This document shows, piece by piece, positions 54,957 to 64,000 of a stretch of 64,000 nucleotides of DNA. The translations under genes and the position numbers were made by a program. The stretch's first letter is position 1; each line of letters begins with the position of its first letter. Under the pieces are notes generated by a model, which saw only the letters and a list, made by a program, of their open reading frames with translations, made no database searches and was not told the origin of the DNA. The DNA comes from Eledone cirrhosa (Eukaryota). The DNA lies in the NCBI GenBank assembly GCA_964016885.1, contig OZ024740.1, forward strand, positions 185,814,001 through 185,878,000, read 5' to 3'.

Positions 54957-56296
54957 TATATATGTATATATATGTGTGTGTGTGTGTATGTGTGTATGTA
55001 TGTATAAATATATATACATATATGTATATATGTATGTATATATATGTGTGTGTGTGTATGTGTGTGTCTATATGTCTTTCTGTATGTATGTGTGTATAAT
55101 TTATATTACAATCCAACTACCTCAATGTATATATCTATATCTATATATATATATATATATCAGTCAGTGGTGTATACGGTAAATCCTTTCACGAGCAGTT
55201 GTTGTCTACGTTTTACATTTTTGTTTTATGAAATAATCTCGTTGTTATGAAATCTAATGTAATTGTAACCTTACAATTTCCTCCAGAATATGAAATCACT
55301 CCTCGTATTAAAACCACGGAAGTGTAATTTATTTACATATCATTTTATAAATCCGGTAAATGAAATAGAAACCATGTGTTCAAATTCATAAAATCTTTAA
55401 AGAATACATTATCGTCCCTTTGATCATAATATTTCGTTTCTTTTATGTTGTTACTTCAAAATAATAGTTTTCAATTACAACAAATAAAAACTGAAAGTAT
55501 TTAAATCAAATATAGTACATATATTTTCTGTTCTATACAATCGTAATTTCAATTCGGGTGTTTAATGTCATATCATGTATACCTACCATTCACCACATTG
55601 AATTATATCTTGTGTAAATCAATATGTTCCTTTAACTTTGTTGCGAAATGGATATGAGAAAGGAGAGTGATTTAGAAAGTGAACGAATTCTTGGAAGAGT
55701 CGGCTAGCTAAAATATGTGAAATATGTTAGTAGTCTGCCGTACAAATATTGAAAACTTAAGCAAGAATAGAATAAAAGACAACTTACATATATGTGGCCT
55801 TAAATAAAATATGAAATACACTGTGAAAAGGCTTTGATTTCCTTATTGATTTGGGGAAATGAATTTGCGTCATATCAACACATCTAAATAATAATATCCT
55901 ATAAATATTTAGGTCTCTGTGCACTCTTAAATATTATCAATACATACTTACATTGATCTTAATAACATAATTTAATATATATAATTACATCTAGGACTGC
56001 ACACTCCGAAATCAAGAAGCGTAAATTAAGTGAATCTCGTATGATGTTGTATAGATTTGTTGGCGTTTTAATAGCTTTATATTTTTCGACAAATTATTTG
56101 GAATGATATCACAACATTCCATTTCCTATCGTGATTCAAGAAAATTAATTTCTTTCTTTCGCCACCTTTCTCCCCTCTTAGAATTTCAGCATCAGTATAT
56201 ATATATATATATATACTTAGGGTAAATATTGATGCAATTCAATTCAAGCACTCAACGTACTTTTTCCACATAGGAATGTCGGAGTAAATATCGAAT

Positions 56297-57697
56297 ATGT
56301 AAAAGCGAAGTAGTTTCAGATGTTCAAGTCCTTTAATAATAATGCTGTGATATATATTTCAATGACGACACTGGCCACAATGTTCTGTGTGCGAGTGTCG
56401 TGACATCATCAGACAGCTTGTTACATAATAAGGTTATGTTTCCGAGGCAATCCAAGTTGAATCGACATGGGAACGGACGAAGTGTGTGCTTTTGGGTTCT
56501 TCATCCGTTCCCCTGTGAGTACCAATTCACCCCCACCGGTCTGCGCAGGCGCATGTCCGTAGGAAGTTGACCATTAGCTACCGCAGATTTCAACGAAATT
56601 TGCTTAGTCAGTTCATCCTCTCAGCTAAACAATGACCCATTTAGGCCTGTACCATAGTTTACTGCTACCCGTCCCGACTGTGGAAGTCAGCCGAAAGCCA
56701 GAGGGGATGGGAGAGTGTTAGTTTTTACAGGTCACAATACTACCTCTCACCAAGCATGGACAGTACGACTGACCATCAACTCCCTAGAGAAAATATACTT
56801 AATTCTAGGTATCATGATTTTACATTGGAAGTTGAGTGAGAGTTGGAAATAAAAATTAAAATCCTGAATCAAAAATTATAAATTAAACAATTAAAAAATT
56901 AACAATTAGGAATTTAAAAATGTTTCAAGTGAGAATCCGGATTGAGGTGAGTAAAAAAACATTGAAGTGAGTAAATAATATGGAGAGAGATGTTTAAGTA
57001 AGAAGTTCTGAGAGGGGTTCCAATGTCACAGTTACACTATCCACATATTGAATGATAGTGCCGTACATTAGAAAGGAGGGTAACTACAGTATTCAAAGCA
57101 GTAGTCAATCTGGTACACAGTCATAATTTCCATCACATGGAACAAAACCAAAGAAAAAGTGATATAAAGTACACAAAAGAAAAGAACCAATAATGAATAA
57201 ATGCAAAAACACAGAGTACATATATGCAAAATGATCCATATGATTGTCAATTTGTCAATGTATAGATGGAATTGAGGGGCTTCTGTTCAAAAGCCAGTGT
57301 CGTCATTGGAATATATATCACAGCATTATTTGGATTGGCAGTATCAGTAGAGGGTCGGACGCCATGCTTTGACGCAAAGAGTTACAGCCCTTTCCATTCT
57401 GAGTTCAAATCCCGCCGAGGTTGACTTTGCCTTTCATCCTTATGGGGTCGATAAAATAAAGTACCAGTAATGCACTGGGTAATTGCTGGCCTTGTGCCAA
57501 ACGTAGAAACAATTATTAAAGTCTTAGTCAGACAGTTTCATTATTTACCCCGCCGAGGTTGACTTTGCCTTTCATCCTTACGGGGTCGATAAAATAATGT
57601 ACCAGTAATGCACTGGGTAATTGCTGGCCTTGTGCCTAAAGTAGAAACAATTATTATTAAAGTACTTGAACATCTGAAAGTACTTCGCTTTTACTTA
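56297..57697. mobile_element. Element bounded by ~78-bp inverted repeats; right arm split by a SINE insertion
   Basis: 56300-56376 is the reverse complement of 57293-57330 + 57653-57694; decayed hammerhead-like CTGATGA..GAACATTGT on minus at ~56372-56421. Confidence 0.7.
57331..57655 (+). mobile_element. SINE plus tandem duplicate of its 3' half
   Basis: Full copy 57331-57515; CCCGCCGAGG..AGAAACAATT repeated at 57548-57652. Confidence 0.93.
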
Positions 57698-57728
57698 TTC
57701 TATATATATATATATATATATAAACGGA

Positions 57729-58275
57729 AAAAATGAAACGAAATTTCATTTCCCACTCTTCGTACGGCTGTTACTTAAATATAAGTATGTACACGTACAC
57801 ATATATATGTATACAGACGTACAGTAGTATGTATATATATTTACATACATGCACACATATATATATGTACATATTGATTCACCGAACATTTATTATAATG
57901 CTCGGTGTGTTTGTAAACAAACATCCCGTATTAAGACGTGGTGTCAACCATCGTTGCTCCTTTGTTCAACACTGACAAAGGAACGCTGTACTAGTTTCAA
58001 GCTCATTAGCTATCATCAGCAACGTATACCTTCCTGACAAATTGTTGAGCGTATATTACTTATTATGCATATTAACGGCTGAGTAGCCCAATTTGCATAT
58101 CGAGTGGGTTAATCGGCCGGATGCAAGAAAACGATAAAGGAAAAAATGAAACGAAATTTCATTTCCCACTCTTAGTACGGCTGTTACTTAAATATAAGTA
58201 TATATACGTACATACATATATGTATACAGACGTACAGTAGTATGTATATATCTATACATACGCGCACACATATAT
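57729..58275 (-). mobile_element. Partial tandem (413-bp period) non-coding element with hammerhead
   Basis: ATGAAACGAAATTTCATTTCCCACTCTT at 57733 and 58146. Confidence 0.82.
57983..58025 (-). ncRNA. Type I hammerhead ribozyme, intact core
   Basis: ACGTTG-CTGATGA-TAGCT-AATG-AGCTT-GAAAC-TA-GTA-CAGCGT; palindromic ACTAGT at stem III. Confidence 0.85.
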
Positions 58276-58346
58276 ATATATGTACGTATGGATTCATATA
58301 CAAACATGTACAAACATATAAAAACATATACACATGTACACATATA

Positions 58347-58410
<64 letters not shown>

Positions 58411-58452
58411 CACATATATATACACACACGCAACGCACGCACACACACACAT

Positions 58453-58492
<40 letters not shown>

Positions 58493-58495
<3 letters not shown>

Positions 58496-61289
58496 CCACA
58501 CTCCGCACAGCGACGAGTTCCGCACCCGAACGGAGTGCGACGCACGAAGCTACAGGCACATTTCGGCCGGACACCACCGGCTCCGGACGCTCCAGACCCG
58601 TTTCTCACCCTGGGCCGACGACCATCTTTTTGGACGCCGGCCCCAGGGCAATTTAGCACCCTGGACGCGTTCGTCGATGCCAGCCGTAGCGCCGTAAATC
58701 GTTTGGACTTCCGCCACCGTTCCAAACGGAATAATATCTCACGGGGCGAACTCCTCGCTCTCCGCTCCCTCCGTAGCCGAGATGACATCGTCATCAAACC
58801 GGCGGACAAGGGAGGCGCCGTGGTGGTGTGGCGCGCGGACCTCTACACGGCCGAATTCCTCAGGCAGCTCTGCAACCCCCTCTTCTACCGCCCTCTACCC
58901 TCCGATCCCACACCCCTCTACCAACAACAAGTTTCCTCCACCATCCAACACCTTGTCTCCCCCCCCCACCGCTTCCCACCTCATCGTCCGCACCCCACCA
59001 TCTACTTCCTCCCCAAACTCCACAAACCCGACAACCCCGGCCGTCCCATCGTCTCCGCTTGCAACTGCCCCACCGAACTCATCTCCGCCTTTCTCGACTC
59101 CATCCTCGCCCCCTTTTCACCAGCCTTCCCTCCCACATCTCCGACACCAACCACGCCCTGCGCCTTTTCGACTCCTTCACCTACACACCATCCGCCGCCT
59201 CTTCCGACGCCTCCAGTCCGACCCCTCCACCTCCCACATATTCCCAACCCCACCACTCCCCTCCTTCAAACGCGCACGGACTCTCCGCACCCTCCTCGTC
59301 CACAACACCCTACCCCCCAACCCACGCCTCCCCCCGGTTCCTTTCACTGCTCTAGGCCCCGCTGCAACACCTGTCCCCACATCACCAACACCACCACCTT
59401 CCAGGGTCCCAACGGCCACTCTCTCTCTGTCCGGCATGCCTTCCGCTGCACCTCCTCCAACCTAGTCTACTGAATTCGCTGCATGGAGTGCAGCGCGACT
59501 TACGTCGGACAGATGGGACGTCGCCTGGTGGACCGATTCACTGAGCACCTCCGCGATATTCGTCTCGGTGGTAGTTCCCCCATCGTTCGCCACTTTGGTT
59601 CCCCTGGACATTCCGCACGCCATCTCACAGTCTGTGGCCTACTCCAATGCCACGGAACACCCGCCAATCTCCTCAGAGTTGAACAAAGAACCATCTTCAT
59701 CTTACAGACCCACACTCCCCCCGGGCTGAACTCCCAACCCTTATTCCTTTAGCCTTCGACCGCCCCCCTCCCCCCACACATATCCCCACTAACACCACTA
59801 ACACACCCCTCCTTTTCACCGCCCACCCCACAACTAACAATACTAACACCTCCCCTCCACCCCTCATCCGACCACCCTTCCCCAACTAACATACTAACAT
59901 CCCTCCCTTCTTCTCCCCCCCTCCTTATCACACGCACACACCCACCGGCACATATATACACGCGCTCACACTAAACACACACCCTACTACCAGCAATAAC
60001 CCCCACCCCCACACATCCATCCCACCACCCAGCAACTAACATCACTAACACCCCCTGACCCCAAGCACACGAACACACGCACCCACTTACACCACCCACC
60101 CCACACGCAACTAACATCACTAACACCCCCCAACCCCACGCACACGTACCCACACACCCTCGTACACCACCAACTCTACACACCCTACCACCACTAACCC
60201 CCACTCACACCTGCATTCAACCCGTTTTCCACCTCCCGTATACTAACACCCACTAACACCCCCTTCATCAAACTTCACACACACCAGTACACCACACTCC
60301 CACCATCGCCGCCCACACCCTTCTCTCCCCCGCTCCCACCACACCCTTTCTCCACACTCACTCATCCCTCTAACACCTCTACTAATACACACACACACCC
60401 TCCTCACTCCAACTGTCACATCTACCCATCCTCGCCCCTTTACCATTCCACCCGACTGCTGCTATGCCCTCTGACCACCTCCTAGCACACACAGACACAC
60501 AGCACTCCTACCGCCTTGACCACTTCTTGTTGCACGCGCACCCCACATCTCTCCTCTTCCGACCATCTCTCCATGGATTACTCGTATGTGGAGCTTGACC
60601 GCGGATTCAACTACCATCCTAGGAGTTTACCAACCTTTCAACCACATCTTCTTACGGAATCACCTTTATAACTCACCCACACACACACCCAAACATTTTT
60701 TTCCCACACGCCACCTACATCCACAACACGCTTAAACCCCACACACACGTGCTTTCCACCACATATTTACACCTTCAGACTCAGGATTCCTCTCCCCCCA
60801 CCCCTCTATCCACACACGCACACACACTCCGACCTACACCCCACCCCACACACACCTCTTCCTGAACATGCAACCCTGTTCTTCCTCCAACCCTTGCTTT
60901 CACATACACACACGTACACCTACACACACACACCACCTTCAGCCCTCCCCACTCGGACACCCCGTCTCCCTCTCCCCACTCCACCCACCACCACCCCTAC
61001 GCACCCCACACCCTTCCACCACCTGTTTTACACCATTTTAATTTTATTTTATTTTGATCATGCTTTTATTTTTAATTTCATTCGCACCATTTCCTCCCAC
61101 CCCCTTTTCGCTATATGTCTCTCCGCCACTCCCCTATACACCCTTTGAACTCTCTTCCCACACACTTTTCACCTGAAGAAGGGCTTATGCCCGAAACGTC
61201 GTTCCCCACCGCCACCCCACTCTCCAGAGCGTGAAATTAATAAACAATCGTTGTACTGCCTCACTGTTTTGTTCCTTTTCAAATTTTCC

Positions 61290-61292
<3 letters not shown>
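58493..61292 (+). mobile_element. Neptune-like PLE with RT palm deleted; GIY-YIG, long C/A-rich 3' UTR and hammerhead pLTR retained
   Basis: [42 protein letters not shown], then directly [49 protein letters not shown]. Confidence 0.92.
61171..61202 (+). ncRNA. Minimal hammerhead motif of the PLE pLTR
   Basis: AC-CTGAAGA-A-GGGC-TTAT-GCCC-GAAAC-GTC-GT; stem I only 2 bp. Confidence 0.7.
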
Positions 61293-61341
<49 letters not shown>

Positions 61342-61348
<7 letters not shown>

Positions 61349-62060
61349 ATTAGAATTGGTGCTCTGAAATAGCGATATATATATATGAATGTATATGTAG
61401 TGTATTTTGCAATAAATTGTATGCATAATTAAAAGCTTTTAGAAGAAATTACGCTATTGTTTTAGAGTAGTGACAGTCTCACTTACTTTAAATTATCAGT
61501 ATAATCAGTTCCTGATTATTCCTAGAATTCTATAGGAACCACACATTCATGATTTTCAGCAAACAGGTGGAGTACTTAGCTTTGATAAGTACCAACAAGT
61601 ACGAAACAGAGCTCTGTCAGCTTTATCTCCCCTGTTTGTTGAAAATTTAAAGTAAGTGAGACTGTCACTACTCTAAAAAATATAGTAAGGTCTTCGAAAT
61701 GATTTTAATTAAGCATACAGTGTATTGCAAAATACAATATATATACATTCATATATATATCGCTAATTCAGAGAACCAATTCTAATTTTCAATTTCTGCT
61801 TGAGCGGCAACCGCTCTGTATAATCAGTTCCTGATTATTGCTAGAATTCTATAAGAATCAAACATTCAGGAATTTCAGCAAACAGGTGGAGTACTTAGCT
61901 TTGATAAGTACCAACAAGTACGAAAGAGAGTTTTGTCAGCTTTATCTCCCCTGTATGCTGAAAATTTAAAGTAAGTGAGACTGTCGCTACTCTAAAACAA
62001 TCGCGTAAGTTCTTCGAAATGCTTTTAATTGACCATACAATGTATTGCAATTTAACACTA
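61342..62060 (+). mobile_element. 319-bp tandem (~1.75 units) plus inverted partial copy, one hammerhead per unit (retrozyme-like)
   Basis: Units start GTATAATCAGTTCCTGATTAT at 61499 and 61818; 61344-61494 is the reverse complement of ~61644-61791; (TA)n on both sides. Confidence 0.88.
61552..61646 (+). ncRNA. Type I hammerhead ribozyme, U3-A8 covariant, extended stem I
   Basis: AGCT-TTGATAA-GTAC-CAACAA-GTAC-GAAAC-AGAGCTCT-GTC-AGCT (61578-61622), enclosed by GGAG/CTCC and a 16-bp helix 61552-61567 / 61631-61646. Confidence 0.85.
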
Positions 62061-62077
62061 TATATATATATATATAC

Positions 62078-62226
<149 letters not shown>

Positions 62227-62352
62227 AACATATATACACACATTCATACATATACACATATACACATATACACACATACATATACACACACACATACTTT
62301 CATACACACACATATATATATGTATATATATATATATACACATATACGTATA

Positions 62353-62950
62353 TGATGGCTGCCAACTCGTTTTCGAGTACGGCCACTACTTTATATCCAT
62401 GTAGGAGAACCCCTACCGATGCGCTGAACGAGTGTGACTTTTTAGTCCAGCCAAAACTCTGGTACAAACACTACACTTGTGACAATTACTGACATATTGT
62501 GCTGGGCCCATGGTACCATGTGACGACAAGTGCAGAGAGATCTCCAGATATAAAGCAATGCCTGTGCCGTGAAGCTTTTATAGTGAGCAAAGGCACTGCA
62601 CAAAGCCAGTCCCACTCTCTTAACCAAGATGATATTTACCAAAAAGAAGAACAATCAACATCATTGGATACCATCAGGGTTGCAGGTGTTATATCAGAGT
62701 TTTCCTTCTCCTAGAATTCTGCCTTGACAAAGGCTAAGGGGTCATCTCTCCCGGTGATTTTGGATGGCCATTGACTCTTAAGAGCTCCTTTGCCCTTTGA
62801 CAGGTTTTATATTTAGTCCTGCAGGATGTCCAAAGCCACCCTCCTCACCAAGAAACCTTGGTGGGGTTGCCAGTTTAGTCGCCAACGACCCGACCTTGAG
62901 ACAGGTTGTACTGGGATACATGTTACCAGTAGCACCAACTGGTGACCTGA
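62353..62950 (-). mobile_element. Non-coding element resembling an RTE-group 5' UTR, inserted in microsatellite
   Basis: CTAGGAGAAGGAAAACTCTGA and GGCCATCCAAA blocks shared with 33664-33935; no credible ORF. Confidence 0.5.
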
Positions 62951-62989
62951 CATATACATATATACACACATTCATACATATACACACAT

Positions 62990-63096
<107 letters not shown>

Positions 63097-63183
63097 AATA
63101 TACATATATACACACATTCATACATATACACATATACACACACACATATACACACAGACATACATACATACACATACACAGAT

Positions 63184-63268
<85 letters not shown>

Positions 63269-63625
63269 TATGTATATGTATGCAGAGGTTATATTTAATT
63301 TGTTGCGATTATAAAACAAATCTGTACTTGATATGATGAAAGCGCACCATAATTTGCCTTGGTTGCCCTTGAAATAAGTATAATAATATAAATATGGTTT
63401 TATAAATATAGTTTCCATTTATTAATATATTGTATATATACATGTATATATATATATTGTTATACTTTGGGAGCGTCATGTTGCCAATAATAAACACACG
63501 CACCAGTTGTTTCACTTCAATTTATTATAATAAATTTATGAATTTAGGAATTTATAACGAAATATATATATATATATATATATACAATATTAACAAATGG
63601 AAACTATATTTATAAAACCATATTT

Positions 63626-63688
63626 ATTTCATTATACATATTTCAAGGATACCAAGTTAAATTATGGTATGCCTTCATCAGACAAAAT
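63626..63688 (-). ncRNA. Type I hammerhead ribozyme, intact core
   Basis: Exact reverse complement of 63831-63893. Confidence 0.82.
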
Positions 63689-63830
63689 ACAATATATACC
63701 AATTTTATAAATAAAAATTGTCGTACCCTTTCAAAATGCGACCATTACTTTTGGAAGACATCAGGATAGTGGTTTGTTTATTTTAGTAAGTCGTAGTGTT
63801 AAGGATAAGTAAAAAACTGGTATATATTGT

Positions 63831-63893
63831 ATTTTGTCTGATGAAGGCATACCATAATTTAACTTGGTATCCTTGAAATATGTATAATGAAAT
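63831..63893 (+). ncRNA. Type I hammerhead ribozyme, intact core
   Basis: ATTTTGT-CTGATGA-AGGCATACCA-TAATTTAACT-TGGTATCCTT-GAAA-TATGT-ATA-ATGAAAT. Confidence 0.82.
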
Positions 63894-64000
63894 AAATATG
63901 GTTTTATAAATATAGTTTCCATTTGTTAATATCGTATATCTACTCCAAATACTTGTCGAGTGCTTTATATCAGTTATAAAAATATTTACTTGTATCCCAA

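Larger units (their letters stand above)
63290..63980. mobile_element. Hammerhead pLTR cluster: one decayed + copy and an apparently perfect ~115-bp inverted pair
   Basis: 63587-63701 is the reverse complement of 63818-63932; a diverged copy lies at ~63320-63432. Confidence 0.88.

Noticed and set aside
58334-59473. 379-aa intact protein
   Set aside because: The start lies in microsatellite, the Pro-rich middle is an out-of-frame reading, and the RT core is missing.
59752-60430. Telomeric repeat array
   Set aside because: The recurring motif is ACTAAC, not CCCTAA, and it is dispersed rather than tandem.

Overview
Eukaryotic, AT-rich, microsatellite-dense window made almost entirely of repeats. 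The tRNA-derived SINE family and (TA)n/(CA)n load are most consistent with an octopus-like cephalopod (inference). No host protein-coding gene can be called with confidence, and most entries in the ORF track are microsatellite read-through. Recognisable content: a decayed CRE-clade retrotransposon with an N-terminal PHD-like finger and a deleted endonuclease; a near full-length RTE-X-like LINE inserted in (TA)n; RTE and CR1 fragments; two Tc1/mariner relics; a Helentron-associated (HINE-like) element; about 12 SINEs; and several Penelope-like elements (PLEs; one Naiad-like, two Neptune-like). The main signal is a dense set of roughly 20 type I hammerhead ribozyme motifs from at least 10 unrelated short-element families. 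Nearly all sit in or next to (TA)n tracts, in inverted or partial-tandem arrangements. The best case is a 319-bp tandem unit carrying a U3-A8 covariant hammerhead with an extended stem I, a retrozyme/circRNA candidate. All alignments and folds were done by eye, so boundaries are approximate unless exact motifs are quoted.
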